Source of the DNA: Pseudomonadota bacterium
GTDB lineage: Bacteria; Pseudomonadota; Alphaproteobacteria; DSM-16000; Inquilinaceae
Length of the DNA: 64,000 bases
Assembly: GCA_039030175.1 (NCBI GenBank)
Contig: JBCCER010000001.1
Coordinates: 7,522 to 71,521, forward strand
Direction of reading: 5' to 3'
Position 1 is the first letter of the stretch, and each line of letters opens with the position of its first letter. Shown piece by piece: positions 30,884 through 41,293 of this stretch. A program made the translations under genes and the position numbers. The notes under the pieces were generated by a model. The model did no database searches and was not told the DNA's origin. It saw only the letters and a program-made list of their open reading frames with translations.

Positions 30884-32380
30884 TTAGGTCTCGGCGTGCC
30901 GGCGGCGGGCGAGAAAGGCGCGCACAACCGGGTAGATCAGTACGATTGCAGTCAGCAAGATCACGACCCAGCTGACCAGCGAGGAAAACAGCGCGGTCCA
31001 ATCGCCGCCGGAGATCAAAAGCGCCAGACGGAATTGCTGTTCTGCCAGGCTTCCTAAAATCAGGCCCAAGATGACTGGCGCGAGTGGAATACCGACCCGG
31101 TCCAACACATAGCCGAGCGCTCCGAAGACCAGCATCAGCCAGACCTCGAAGATTGAGTTGTTTAAGGTGTAGATGCCGACAACCGCGAGCGAGATGATCA
31201 AGGGCGACAAGAGTATTGGCGGCACGCGTAGGACCTGGGCGAAGACCCGCGCGGCAAAGGCGCCGCCGAAAGCGAACAGCAACGCGCCCGTTAACAGCAT
31301 TTGGATCATGAAGCCGTATACGATGAGGCCGTTCTCACGGAACAACTGAGGTCCCGGTTGCAGGCCATGGACCAATAATCCCGCCAGGATCACGGCGGCG
31401 ACACCGCTGCCGGGAATGCCGAGCGTTAGGGCTGGGATCATTGCGGCGGCATTGTCTGCATTGTTCCCGCATTCGGCCGCTGCAACGCCCTGGGGATTGC
31501 CTTTACCGAAACTCTCCGGCTCTTTCGAGGCACGCCGTGTTTCGTTGTAAGCGATAAACGCTGCCATGGACCCGCCCGTTCCCGGCAAGATGCCGACGAT
31601 GACACCGATGACACCGGCGCGGATCCAGGTCGGGATGAACCGCGGAATCTCTCGCCAAATGCTGGAACCGCGCGACATCCGCAGATCGTCCGCGCTCATC
31701 CCGCGCTTCAATCCACGTTCGGCCATATGAACTGCAGGGGGGATTGCGTAGAGCCCCGTCAGGACGACCAGCAGTTCCAACCCATCGAGTAGATATCGAT
31801 TGTCAAAGGTAAAGCGCTCGTGGCCGGACACCGTGTCGATGCCTACCATACTGAGCAGCAAACCGATGCCGGCGGCGACAAATCCCTTCACTGGATCGCG
31901 GCCGAGCAGAACGGCAATACTGCTGAGGCCGAACAGAGCGACCCAGAAATACTCCGCTGGGCCGAACAGCAAGGTGACCTTGACCAATTGCGGCGCGATG
32001 GTGATCAGCGCGATGGCGGAAATGATGCTGCCGATCGCCGACGACCAGCAGGCGATTTTCAGCGCGTAGCCAGCCTTGCCCTGTTGGGCCAGCGGGTTGC
32101 CGTCGAAGGTGGTAACGATCGACGGCGGTGTGCCGGGGATCTTCAACAGAATCGCTGGGATCGCCCCGCCATACATGGCGCCATTGTAGATCCCGGCCAT
32201 CATGCCTAACGCCACCAGGGGCGTCATCGAGAAGGTCAGAGGGATCAGGATCGCGATGGTCATGGTGGCCGTCAGGCCGGGCAAGGCGCCAGCGACCATG
32301 CCCATCAGCGTGCCGAGAATGATCGCGATCAGATTTTGCAGCCGCAGCACTTCGATCAGGGCATCAAGGAATAGATCCAC
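30884..32380 (-). CDS. tctA: tripartite tricarboxylate transporter large permease
   Basis: 498-aa polytopic protein with typical TctA N-terminus and repeats. It follows the tctB- and tctC-like genes. Confidence 0.88.
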   Translation of the reverse strand: MDLFLDALIEVLRLQNLIAIILGTLMGMVAGALPGLTATMTIAILIPLTFSMTPLVALGMMAGIYNGAMYGGAIPAILLKIPGTPPSIVTTFDGNPLAQQGKAGYALKIACWSSAIGSIISAIALITIAPQLVKVTLLFGPAEYFWVALFGLSSIAVLLGRDPVKGFVAAGIGLLLSMVGIDTVSGHERFTFDNRYLLDGLELLVVLTGLYAIPPAVHMAERGLKRGMSADDLRMSRGSSIWREIPRFIPTWIRAGVIGVIVGILPGTGGSMAAFIAYNETRRASKEPESFGKGNPQGVAAAECGNNADNAAAMIPALTLGIPGSGVAAVILAGLLVHGLQPGPQLFRENGLIVYGFMIQMLLTGALLFAFGGAFAARVFAQVLRVPPILLSPLIISLAVVGIYTLNNSIFEVWLMLVFGALGYVLDRVGIPLAPVILGLILGSLAEQQFRLALLISGGDWTALFSSLVSWVVILLTAIVLIYPVVRAFLARRRHAET

Positions 32381-32392
32381 CGATACGTCCCC

Positions 32393-32842
32393 TCAGAGAC
32401 CGACCACGATATCGGCCGGCAGCCGCCGCTCGAACACGGTGATGAATACGACATAGATGATCACATCGAAGGCTAGCGCGATGGCTATAGCAACCAAGGG
32501 ACGGCGATAGCCCAGCACGAATGCGAGCACCGGAATGAAGATAAGCGTCGAGGTAAAGTAGCCGATCGATTGGACCCCGAGCACGTAGACAGGCAGGGCA
32601 ATGACCGCGATGGCCCAGCGCCCTAGATGCTCGAACATCTTCCAGGCCGGGTCACCGTCGCCGCGTCCCAGGGCCAGGTAGGCGCGCACGCCCATGGCCA
32701 GCGTCACGAAGGCGGTAAACCCGATGATCATGCGCGGGAACAGTCGCGCCTGGGCTGGAATGTCGGCGAGCGATATCCAACCCGCGATCAGCAGCGCCAA
32801 GAACCCGGCGCAGAACGCGATCTCGACCTGCTTTTGGGGCAT
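32393..32842 (-). CDS. tctB: tripartite tricarboxylate transporter small membrane subunit
   Basis: 149 aa with 4 predicted helices, positioned between tctC and tctA. Confidence 0.75.
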   Translation of the reverse strand: MPQKQVEIAFCAGFLALLIAGWISLADIPAQARLFPRMIIGFTAFVTLAMGVRAYLALGRGDGDPAWKMFEHLGRWAIAVIALPVYVLGVQSIGYFTSTLIFIPVLAFVLGYRRPLVAIAIALAFDVIIYVVFITVFERRLPADIVVGL

Positions 32843-32854
32843 CTCTCTATCTCA

Positions 32855-32892
32855 GGCGCAATGATTGGGCAGCGCCATCCCCCAATGGCGCC
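32855..32892 (-). other. intercistronic imperfect stem-loop between tctC and tctB
   Basis: GGCGC-aatg-ATTGGG ... CCCAAT-g-GCGCC gives 11 paired bases with a bulge. It lies 20 nt downstream of the tctC stop. Confidence 0.35.
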
Positions 32893-32911
32893 ACCCTCTC
32901 ATCGCCAGCGC

Positions 32912-33871
32912 TTATTCGCGCCAAGGGGTCTCCGACCAAACGACCGCCAAATCGGCATCGGTGCTGGTCAGAAAAGCGGCGTATTCCGGTGCCGCCATAT
33001 AGTCGAGCGGTATGTTGGCGGCTTCGGCGGCGGCCACATAGTCAGGGTTGGCGAGCGCAGCACCGATGGCCGCTGACAAGGTCGCGATGACCTCGTCGGA
33101 GAGGCCAGCGGGTCCGGCGATGCCCCGTGACGAGCCGCCCAAGACCTCGATGCCCTGCTCGATAAAGGTCGGAACGTCCGGTGCCATCGGGCTGCGCTCG
33201 CTGGACATCACGCCCAGAATGCGCAGTTGGCCTTCCTGGGCAAACTCGATGCCCTCGGAGAGATTGAAGGCGCCGAGCGGAATGTGCCCTCCCAGCAGCG
33301 CGGTGCGCATCGGAGCGGTGGAACCGAATGGCACGTGGCTGAAGGCAGAACCGGTTTCTTGTTGAACCACCAAAAGTGCCAGATGTTCGGATGAACCAAC
33401 CGATCCAGTCGTGCCGATCGGCAGCGCACCCGGATTTTCGACCGCAAAGTCGATGACATCCTGCAAGGTCTCGAACTCGCTGTCTGAGCGCACGGCCCAG
33501 ATGCCCGGGTCGGTTACCAAATTAGCGATCGGGGTGAAGCTATTGACGTCGTACCGCGTGTCGCGCTCGAAGGAATAGGCGAAGATCGCCGGCACATTGA
33601 TGAACCCGATCGTATAACCATCAGGATCCGACTCGGCGAGTTCGGTAAAGCCGATCTCTCCGCCAGCGCCTGGCGTGTTGACCACGGTGATCGTGGTGCC
33701 CAGTTCTTCCTCGATGTAAGGCTGAATTGCCCGCGCGGCGACATCGGTCCCGCCGCCAGGCGAGAAGGCCACAATCAGATCGATCGGCCCGTCAGGATAA
33801 CTGTCTTGTGCCATTGCCGGCACGGCGATGATTGCGGCAAGCGATGCCGCCGCAAGGACCTTAACCCCCAT
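32912..33871 (-). CDS. tctC: tripartite tricarboxylate transporter substrate-binding protein (Bug/TctC family)
   Basis: 319 aa with signal peptide MGVKVLAAASLAAIIAVPAMA and the motifs PGGGTDVAAR and NTPGAGG. Confidence 0.88.
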   Translation of the reverse strand: MGVKVLAAASLAAIIAVPAMAQDSYPDGPIDLIVAFSPGGGTDVAARAIQPYIEEELGTTITVVNTPGAGGEIGFTELAESDPDGYTIGFINVPAIFAYSFERDTRYDVNSFTPIANLVTDPGIWAVRSDSEFETLQDVIDFAVENPGALPIGTTGSVGSSEHLALLVVQQETGSAFSHVPFGSTAPMRTALLGGHIPLGAFNLSEGIEFAQEGQLRILGVMSSERSPMAPDVPTFIEQGIEVLGGSSRGIAGPAGLSDEVIATLSAAIGAALANPDYVAAAEAANIPLDYMAAPEYAAFLTSTDADLAVVWSETPWRE

Positions 33872-33992
33872 TTTCCACGCCCTCCTGATTGATTTGTTCA
33901 GGTGCCGATCTCGATGATCTCCACCATGTTAATGATCATTCAATAAGTGGATGATAGGTGCAAGAGTATTTGTAGATCTGATGACATTAGGC

Positions 33993-34025
33993 ACAAAAAC
34001 GGCGGGCTGTTGAGATCAGCCCGCC
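33993..34025 (-). terminator. intrinsic terminator of the lipoprotein gene
   Basis: The minus strand reads GGCGGGCTG-atctcaa-CAGCCCGCC followed by GTTTTTGTGCC, 21 nt downstream of the stop at 34047. Confidence 0.7.
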
Positions 34026-34046
34026 GCCTTGGTTTGTCTTGCCGTT

Positions 34047-34565
34047 CTAGACCGAGCCGGGTTCGGTGGTTCGCCTGTAAACCGCCTCGATGGTGCGCCG
34101 CAGTTCGCCGTCAACAAACCGGTTATAGATAACCCGCAGCATGTCTCCGGGAAGGATCGTACGGTCATAGACTTGCCGCTCGACCCGACCATCGTCGTCG
34201 ATACCGATTAAGGTAACGGTAAGGATGCCTTCATCGAACACTGCAACAGCGCCAACCCCTGGCGGTTCGTTAATTGCGCTCCAGCCGGCTTCGTTCGCCA
34301 CAAAGTCAAGATTTCCTTCGCGTTGAATGATCGACCCGTCGAGCCCGACGCTGACGTTACGCCAACGAAGCATAATCCCGTCGTCCGGCTCGTCTTCGAT
34401 CAATACGAAAGCGGCGCGGGGCGGCCCGTCGCTAACGCTCGTCGTCTCGCCTTCCCAATAGCCGTAGAATTCATCGATCGTCGGTAACTGAGGCTCGCTC
34501 GGCGTCGATTGGCACGCCGCCAGGACGGGGATCAGGATCAAAGCCAGTATGTGGGATAGGCGCAT
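34047..34565 (-). CDS. hypothetical lipoprotein
   Basis: 172 aa. MRLSHILALILIPVLAAC|QS is a lipobox. No family recognised. Confidence 0.6.
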   Translation of the reverse strand: MRLSHILALILIPVLAACQSTPSEPQLPTIDEFYGYWEGETTSVSDGPPRAAFVLIEDEPDDGIMLRWRNVSVGLDGSIIQREGNLDFVANEAGWSAINEPPGVGAVAVFDEGILTVTLIGIDDDGRVERQVYDRTILPGDMLRVIYNRFVDGELRRTIEAVYRRTTEPGSV

Positions 34566-34763
34566 CGCGTCGCGCTCCGGAATCGGTTACGGGATTGTGA
34601 CTTGCCCAGCATGCCGTGCGGGCTCGCCCGCGTCCATGCTCTTGGTCGAAAATCGCGCCAGACTCTACCAGACGCGGTGCCCGCAACTCCGTTCTGGACA
34701 ACGACCTGGCCATTCCCTATACACCAGCCCGCGCCTCTCATCGGCGCCGCGCAATCAGCGCCA

Positions 34764-34839
<76 letters not shown>

Positions 34840-34868
34840 TCTCTTGCCTGAGATTGACCCTCAGCCGA

Positions 34869-35576
34869 CTAGCTCTCGTCAGAAGATCCATTGCCTTGCA
34901 GCCAGCGGCTCACAAGCCCTGCAACGACACCTCCAATGATCGGTGCCAGCCAAAACAGCCATAGTTGGCTGAGATAGATGCCGCCTGCAAATAGGGCCGG
35001 GCCTGTGGACCGCGCGGGATTGACGGATGTGTTGGTCACCGGGATCGAGATCAGGTGGATGAGGGTCAGTCCAAGACCAATGGCGATTGGCGCAAAGCCG
35101 GCGGGAACCCTCGGGTGAGTCGCCCCGACGATGATCAGAAGGAAGAAGAAGGTCATCACCGCTTCCATGACGAAGCCGGATCTCATGTCATAGCCACCTG
35201 GGGAACCGTCGCCGAACGCATTGGAGGCATAGGTTGCCGTTGCAACGTCGAAGCCCTCAGTCCCAGTCGCTATCACGTGGAGAATGGCGACTGCCGCAAT
35301 GGCCCCTAAAACCTGAACAACAATGTATGGAATAGCATCAGCCGCTGAATGCCGGCCCGCGGCGACCAGACCGAGTGTTACGGCAGGGTTGAAGTGGCCT
35401 CCGGAGATCCCTCCAACCGCGTAGGCCATGGTCAACACGGTCAGACCGAAAGCCAGCGCGACCCCAAGCAAGCCGATACCGACATCTGGAAACGCCGCGG
35501 CATACATTGCGGCCCCGCAGCCGCCAAGCACGAGCCAAAGGGTGCCCAGGAACTCCGCAGCCAACCGTCTGGACAT
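34869..35576 (-). CDS. aqpZ: aquaporin Z
   Basis: 235 aa with two NPA boxes ([17 protein letters not shown]). Confidence 0.92.
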   Translation of the reverse strand: MSRRLAAEFLGTLWLVLGGCGAAMYAAAFPDVGIGLLGVALAFGLTVLTMAYAVGGISGGHFNPAVTLGLVAAGRHSAADAIPYIVVQVLGAIAAVAILHVIATGTEGFDVATATYASNAFGDGSPGGYDMRSGFVMEAVMTFFFLLIIVGATHPRVPAGFAPIAIGLGLTLIHLISIPVTNTSVNPARSTGPALFAGGIYLSQLWLFWLAPIIGGVVAGLVSRWLQGNGSSDES

Positions 35577-35603
35577 TGTGACGCTCCGTTTCCGACTCAG
35601 ATA

Positions 35604-35646
35604 TGAAACAGCCTCTCGTTTTGCACGAAAACGTCAAGAGGTTTCA
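35604..35646. other. composite stem-loop in nhaA-aqpZ intergenic region
   Basis: TGAAA-cag-CCTCT-CGTTTT-gcacg-AAAACG-tca-AGAGG-TTTCA gives 16 paired bases. There is no U-tract. It could be an nhaA 3' structure or an aqpZ leader structure. Confidence 0.4.
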
Positions 35647-35694
35647 TTCTTAAATCTATCGTGACGCCGATGTCCCCGCAGGATCGTTTTGGCA

Positions 35695-36924
35695 CTATTC
35701 GGCCGGTTTACCTGCCGATTGCTGGCTTAGATCCGTTGCGTCGGGCTCCTCGGGGACTTGCTCGGGTACGCTGGTTGAAAAGCGCAGCAGCAAGTACCCA
35801 AGCACACCGGAAAGGAGCGAACCACCTAGCACGCCCAGCCGGATACCAGCGCTGTGTTCGGTCGTCTCGAAAGCCAACGTCCCGATGAACAGACTCATGG
35901 TAAAGCCGATGCCCGTAAGCATCGAAACGCCATAGAAGGCGGGCCAGCTTACGCCGGCGGGAAGCTGGCACCAACCCAGTCTGATCGCACCGTATACACA
36001 TCCTACGACGCCTAGCTGTTTACCGACGAACAAGCCGAGCAAGATGCCCAGTGGAACGGGTTCGAGCAGGCTGGCTGGCGTCATACCGGCGAAGGAGACG
36101 CCGGCATTGGCGAATGCAAATAGCGGCATGATGCCAAATGCCACCCAATGATGCAGTCGATGCTCCAGGTCTTTGAGCAACGAGACTGCACCCGGTTCTT
36201 TAGGCTTCAACGGGATGAACATGGCCAGCGCCACGCCGGCGAGTGTGGCATGAACACCTGACTTCAGGACACAGACCCAGATGAAAATGCCGATCAGTAT
36301 ATACGGGGTGAGGATGAAGACCTTCAGCCGATTGAGGAGGAAGAGCCCGACCAGTCCGACCAACGCCAACAGCAGTGACAGAACAGACAAGTCGGCCGTG
36401 TAGAAGATGGCGATAATGATGATCGCACCTAGATCATCGATGATGGCGAGCCCGAGCAAGAACACCTTAAGCGACAATGGAATGCGCGGGCCTAGCAGCG
36501 AGAGAACTCCCAACGCAAAGGCGATATCGGTTGCAGCTGGAATGGCCCAACCGTTCATCGTATCGGCTTCGGCTCCCAGATTGATAACAACATAGATTGC
36601 CGCCGGAACCACCATGCCACCCACCGCGCCAACCGCTGGTAGGGCGGCCCGCTCGCGGGATGACAGCTCGCCTTCCAGCACTTCGCGTTTGATTTCCAGG
36701 CCGATGAGGAAGAAGAAGATCGCCATCAGCCCGTCGTTGATCCAAAGCAACAAGGGCTTGGCCAGGACGAGCGCCCCGACCTGGATCTGAACCGGGGTGT
36801 CCAGGAAGCCGTTATAGAGTCCGGCTAACGGCGAGTTAGCCAGCACCAACGCCAAGAGGGCCGCAATTACCAGCAGGATGCCGCCGGCAGCCTCCATCTT
36901 GAGGAATTCCCGAAGCATGGTCAT
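35695..36924 (-). CDS. nhaA: Na+/H+ antiporter NhaA
   Basis: 409 aa with the conserved AIIDDLGAIIIIAIFY segment (twin Asp). Confidence 0.92.
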   Translation of the reverse strand: MTMLREFLKMEAAGGILLVIAALLALVLANSPLAGLYNGFLDTPVQIQVGALVLAKPLLLWINDGLMAIFFFLIGLEIKREVLEGELSSRERAALPAVGAVGGMVVPAAIYVVINLGAEADTMNGWAIPAATDIAFALGVLSLLGPRIPLSLKVFLLGLAIIDDLGAIIIIAIFYTADLSVLSLLLALVGLVGLFLLNRLKVFILTPYILIGIFIWVCVLKSGVHATLAGVALAMFIPLKPKEPGAVSLLKDLEHRLHHWVAFGIMPLFAFANAGVSFAGMTPASLLEPVPLGILLGLFVGKQLGVVGCVYGAIRLGWCQLPAGVSWPAFYGVSMLTGIGFTMSLFIGTLAFETTEHSAGIRLGVLGGSLLSGVLGYLLLRFSTSVPEQVPEEPDATDLSQQSAGKPAE

Positions 36925-37043
36925 GGCGTCATTTGTCTCTTTTGCGGGCTCATTTCAGTTTCATAACTAGAGCGGCGCTGGGGTTCAACAACAGACGTCG
37001 CCATAAGCTGAGGTCAAATGGGCTAAGGCGACCCATTGATCTG

Positions 37044-37658
37044 TCAAACCAGGCCGTGGATTTTAGCGAATGGGTCCCAAGCAGGGTCACGGTGCCAGTC
37101 ATATTCGGCAATGGTCGCTACCTTCTCGGCGACGTCCCGACCAAACAGTCTGTCGACGATGGCGAGCGCCATGTCGGTTCCGGCCGAGACGCCCGATGAG
37201 GTCCAGAACTTTCCGTCTTCGACCCAGCGCGCCTGCGCTTGCCATTTCACGTTAGGGCCTTGTGACGTGGCCCATTGATAGGAGGCCTTATTGGTCGTGG
37301 CCTTGCGGCCGTCAAGCACCCCGGCCTTGGCGAGCAGGGCGCTGCCGGTACAGACGCTGCTGGTCAGCTCGGCGTTCGCAGATGCCCTGACAATCCAATC
37401 CAGCAACGCCTGGTTGCCTATCTCCCGGCGTGTTCCGCCTCCGCCAGGGACAAGAATGATGTCGTACTCGTCCTGGTTTGCAATTAGGTCATCGATGGCG
37501 GTCCTGGGGCCACCGCCACTGGGTACGGGTTCCGGTTGCTCGGCGACCATCTGGATCTCGATCTCGTCGCTCAACAGACCAAAAATCTCTAGCGGACCAA
37601 ACATGTCGAGCAATTCGAAGCCGGGAAAGATCAGCGCACCCAACGTCCTCATCGGCAC
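37044..37658 (-). CDS. DJ-1/PfpI family protein
   Basis: 204 aa with nucleophile elbow SVCTGSALLAKAG and the motif ILVPGGGG. Confidence 0.8.
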   Translation of the reverse strand: MPMRTLGALIFPGFELLDMFGPLEIFGLLSDEIEIQMVAEQPEPVPSGGGPRTAIDDLIANQDEYDIILVPGGGGTRREIGNQALLDWIVRASANAELTSSVCTGSALLAKAGVLDGRKATTNKASYQWATSQGPNVKWQAQARWVEDGKFWTSSGVSAGTDMALAIVDRLFGRDVAEKVATIAEYDWHRDPAWDPFAKIHGLV

Positions 37659-37688
37659 TCTCCAGTTCGATCGGCGTTGCCGCAGTCG

Positions 37689-38363
37689 CTAAGCCACAAG
37701 TTCGCAGCTCGGCAGACGGAGCTTAAGAGAACGGCTCGGGTCCTTGTGGGAAATGTTCAGGGTCATTGTCGGACCGACTGAGTTGTTCCCCAGCGAGAGC
37801 ATACCGCCCGAAGCCAATTGCAGGAACACCGGGTCAGGTTTTACCGTGTCTGGGTAGCTAAGCTCGACGGAGGTAATCTCAGAGTATCCACCCGTTACCT
37901 GTCGGTCTTTCGGCCGATCCGATCGCCACTGGTCTGGCCGCATCGAACTGGGCGAACGAAACAGCATCGGTTGGCGCGGATCGTCGCTTGCAGTCGCAAC
38001 AGGAAGCGAGCCGCCATCGGGAAAGAACGGAGCCTGATAGCGCCAAGTCTCAAAGGGCAACTCACCACCATCAACTGTTCGAACCGCGATGCCGAACGGT
38101 GAGGCTCCGGTTTCTCGCCAACGGGATCGCTCGGCCAGTCTTGTCCTGACAACGCCAGGCGACGCCAACTCGGCATCATCGATCGCCCAAAGCAACTCCA
38201 GATAGGCGTTGTCGAAGAAACAGCAGGCGTTTGCGGTTCCTTGGCCGACATGCCGCAATCGGTCATTGATGACGATGCCGGACTGGGTCAGCCTGCCGAC
38301 TTCTTGCTCCGCCCCTGGCGGAGTGAATACGAAGACGTGATCGATCTCAAGCTGGGCCGTCAT
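37689..38363 (-). CDS. glyoxalase-like (VOC-related) domain protein
   Basis: 224 aa from MTAQLEIDHVFVF. ...HVGQGTANACCFFDNAYLELLW matches the Glyoxalase-like domain pattern by eye. The longer ORF to 38480 would overlap the ABC ATPase gene. Confidence 0.5.
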   Translation of the reverse strand: MTAQLEIDHVFVFTPPGAEQEVGRLTQSGIVINDRLRHVGQGTANACCFFDNAYLELLWAIDDAELASPGVVRTRLAERSRWRETGASPFGIAVRTVDGGELPFETWRYQAPFFPDGGSLPVATASDDPRQPMLFRSPSSMRPDQWRSDRPKDRQVTGGYSEITSVELSYPDTVKPDPVFLQLASGGMLSLGNNSVGPTMTLNISHKDPSRSLKLRLPSCELVA

Positions 38364-38380
38364 ACAGCGCAAATCTCTCG

Positions 38381-39352
38381 CTATCCCACCTGCTCGGCAT
38401 GATGGCAGGCAACGAGGCGCCCGTCGACGTCCCGTAGCTCGGGCGTTTCTGAAGAGCAGCGATCGGTTGCATAGGGGCACCGGCGGTGAAAGGCGCAGCC
38501 TGACGGTGGGTTCAGGGGTGACGGCAACTCGCCCTTCAACACGACCCGTTCGGCCCTCCTAGTCGGGTCGACGAACGGCGTGCTTGCCAGCAATGCCTTG
38601 GTGTAGGGGTGCTTCGGGCTGGAGAAAATGGATGTCTTACTGCCATGCTCGACGGGGCGGCCGAGATACATGACCATCACGTCGTCTGAGATGTGCTCGA
38701 CAACACTTAGACCGTGAGAGATGAACAGGTACGCGAGATCGAACTCCGCCTGCAAATCCATCAGCAGGTTTAGGACTTGGGCCTGGATCGAGACATCGAG
38801 CGCCGAAACCGGCTCGTCGGCCACCAGGATGCGCGGGCGCAGCATCAGCGCACGGGCAATGGCGATACGCTGACGCTGGCCCCCGGAGAACATGTGTGGG
38901 TAGCGATTGTAGTGCTCTGGGCGCAGCCCGACCTTCGACAGCATGTCTTGCGCCGCATGCCTGCGGTCGCGCGCTGACATGTCGGTGTTGATCTTAAGCG
39001 GCTCCTCAAGGATCGAACCGACCTTCTTGCGCGGGTTCAGCGAACCATACGGATCCTGGAATATGATCTGAACGGTTTGGCGCAAGGATTTGTGCTGCTC
39101 CTTGGTTGCACTCGGGACATCAATGTTGTCGATCGTCAACGAACCGCCAGTGGGCGGCTCGATCATCGTCACAAGGCGCGCAAGGGTCGACTTGCCGCAG
39201 CCGGATTCGCCGACCACTGCCAAAGTCTTACCGCTATCGAGGGTGAACGACGCGTCGATTAGGGCCTTCAGCGTCGTACTGCCGCGTAGCAGACCACCGC
39301 CGACCTCGTAATGCCGGCTTAGGTTCTGGGCAGAGAGCAGGGGGGCGCTCAT
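38381..39352 (-). CDS. peptide/nickel (Dpp/Opp-type) ABC transporter ATP-binding protein (DppF-like)
   Basis: 323 aa with Walker [10 protein letters not shown], signature FSGGQRQR, and a C-terminal oligopeptide-transporter extension containing Cys residues. Confidence 0.88.
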   Translation of the reverse strand: MSAPLLSAQNLSRHYEVGGGLLRGSTTLKALIDASFTLDSGKTLAVVGESGCGKSTLARLVTMIEPPTGGSLTIDNIDVPSATKEQHKSLRQTVQIIFQDPYGSLNPRKKVGSILEEPLKINTDMSARDRRHAAQDMLSKVGLRPEHYNRYPHMFSGGQRQRIAIARALMLRPRILVADEPVSALDVSIQAQVLNLLMDLQAEFDLAYLFISHGLSVVEHISDDVMVMYLGRPVEHGSKTSIFSSPKHPYTKALLASTPFVDPTRRAERVVLKGELPSPLNPPSGCAFHRRCPYATDRCSSETPELRDVDGRLVACHHAEQVG

Positions 39353-40317
39353 GCCGGAACCGTTTCCTCGGCGTCAATCGGATGAAAACAGCGCACCCGA
39401 CCGTTGCTGTCATCGGTTAACTGAGGGTGCCCGACATGGCATTCCGCGTCGGCCCGGCTGCAACGGGGATTGAACAGGCAACCATGGGGGCGGTCGAACG
39501 GCCCTGGTACGACGCCAGGGATGGTAGGAAGTCGCTTCCGTCCGGCGGCCCGTTCGGGCAGGGCCTCCAGAAGTGCGCTGGTATAGGGGTGGCGCGGATT
39601 TGAGAAAAGCTGCTCGACGTTGCGCTCCTCGACCAATTCGCCAGCATACATGACATTGACGCGCTGGGCGGTTTCGGCGACCACGCCCATATCGTGCGTG
39701 ATCAGGATCAGCGCCATGCCCTGGTCCTGCTGCAACCTCAACAGCAAGTCTAAGATCTGGGCTTGAATGGTCACGTCCAAAGCCGTGGTCGGCTCGTCCG
39801 CGATTAGCAGCTTGGGCCGGCAGGCGATGGCCATCGCGATCATCACGCGCTGGTTCATGCCGCCGGACATCTGGTGTGGGAAGTTGCCGATGCGCTTCTT
39901 CGGGTCGGGAATACCGACCTCGTCCAGCAGGGCGATCGCCTGCTCGCGCAATTCCCGCCGTCGTCCGCCCTGATGGACGCGCAAGGCCTCAACCAGTTGA
40001 AAGCCGACGGTGAAGCATGGGTTCAGGCTCGTCATCGGCTCCTGAAAGATCATCGCGACATCCTTGCCGGTGATCTCCCGCCGCTTGCGCGGCCGCATGG
40101 TCAGGATGTCGTGGCCATCGAATGCGAGTCTGTCGGCGGTCACCTCGCCGGGGAAAGGGATGAGACCCATGAGGGCGAGCATACTGACACTCTTGCCCGA
40201 CCCGCTCTCACCCACGATGCCCAGCACCTCGCCTTGATCGATCGTGAAGGACGAGCCGCTGACGGCGTGGAAAGAGCCGAACCGGACAGTGAGATTTTGA
40301 GCTTCGAGCAACGCCAT
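39349..40317 (-). CDS. peptide/nickel (Dpp/Opp-type) ABC transporter ATP-binding protein (DppD-like)
   Basis: 322 aa with Walker [10 protein letters not shown] and signature MSGGMNQR. It overlaps the downstream ATPase gene by 4 nt. Confidence 0.88.
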   Translation of the reverse strand: MALLEAQNLTVRFGSFHAVSGSSFTIDQGEVLGIVGESGSGKSVSMLALMGLIPFPGEVTADRLAFDGHDILTMRPRKRREITGKDVAMIFQEPMTSLNPCFTVGFQLVEALRVHQGGRRRELREQAIALLDEVGIPDPKKRIGNFPHQMSGGMNQRVMIAMAIACRPKLLIADEPTTALDVTIQAQILDLLLRLQQDQGMALILITHDMGVVAETAQRVNVMYAGELVEERNVEQLFSNPRHPYTSALLEALPERAAGRKRLPTIPGVVPGPFDRPHGCLFNPRCSRADAECHVGHPQLTDDSNGRVRCFHPIDAEETVPA

Positions 40318-40321
40318 GGCG

Positions 40322-41293
40322 CTAACGCTTCAGCTTGGGATCAAGGGCGTCGCGCAGCCCGTCGCCCATCAGGTTGAAGGACAGCACAGTGAATAGGATC
40401 GCAAGGCCCGGGAACGTCACAACCCACCAGGCCCGCTGCATGAACTGCCGAGACTCGGCCAGCAATGTGCCCCATTCAGGTGTTGGCGGCTGGGCGCCAA
40501 GGCCCAGGAAGCCGAGCGCGGCCGTGTCGAGGATCGCTGTCGAAAAGCCGAGCGTTGCCTGCACGATTAAGGGCGCCATACAGTTGGGCAGCACGTTCAC
40601 GAACATCTGGCGCAAAAGGCCGGCACCGACGACGCTGGACGCGGTGACATAGACCTTGCCGCGCTCGGCGATCACTGATGCCCGCGTCAGGCGCGTGTAG
40701 CTGGGCAGGACGACGATCGCCACCGCGATCATGGCGTTTTCCAGTCCCGGTCCCAGCACGGCGACGATCGCGATGGCCAGCAGCAGCGTGGGGACGGACA
40801 TGATCACGTCCATCAACCGCATGATTATGGCCTCGACAAAGCCGCGGAAGAAACCGGCGGTAAGGCCCAAAATGATGCCCGTCGCCAGCGAGAGCGTCAC
40901 CACGATGACGCCGATCGTCAGCGACAGGCGAGCGCCATAGATGATGCGGGACAGGATGTCTCGTCCGAGATCGTCAGTGCCCAGAATAAATTGCCAAGTC
41001 CCATCGGCGTACCAAACCGGCGGCTGCAGCAGTGCGTCGCGGAATTGGGTCTGCGGCAGGTGGGGCGCAACCTGCGGGGCGAGAACTGCAGCCAAAGCGA
41101 CGATGACGATAAAGATCAGGCCAGCCAGCGCGCCCTTGTTTTCCGAAAACGCCAGCCAGAACTCAAGCAGCGGATGTGGCGCTTTCTCCACGCCATCGGC
41201 GGTGGACGCAGTAGCGTTGGATCCTTGGCTGTTGGAAGTATCGACGCTCACGGTCTCAGCCACGTCGCCGAATGCGTGGATCGACGACCCCAT
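40322..41293 (-). CDS. Dpp/Opp-type ABC transporter permease (DppC-like)
   Basis: Membrane protein with a binding-protein-dependent transport EAA-type loop ([20 protein letters not shown]). The start is uncertain: ATG 41293 (38-nt overlap) or GTG 41263. Confidence 0.85.
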   Translation of the reverse strand: MGSSIHAFGDVAETVSVDTSNSQGSNATASTADGVEKAPHPLLEFWLAFSENKGALAGLIFIVIVALAAVLAPQVAPHLPQTQFRDALLQPPVWYADGTWQFILGTDDLGRDILSRIIYGARLSLTIGVIVVTLSLATGIILGLTAGFFRGFVEAIIMRLMDVIMSVPTLLLAIAIVAVLGPGLENAMIAVAIVVLPSYTRLTRASVIAERGKVYVTASSVVGAGLLRQMFVNVLPNCMAPLIVQATLGFSTAILDTAALGFLGLGAQPPTPEWGTLLAESRQFMQRAWWVVTFPGLAILFTVLSFNLMGDGLRDALDPKLKR

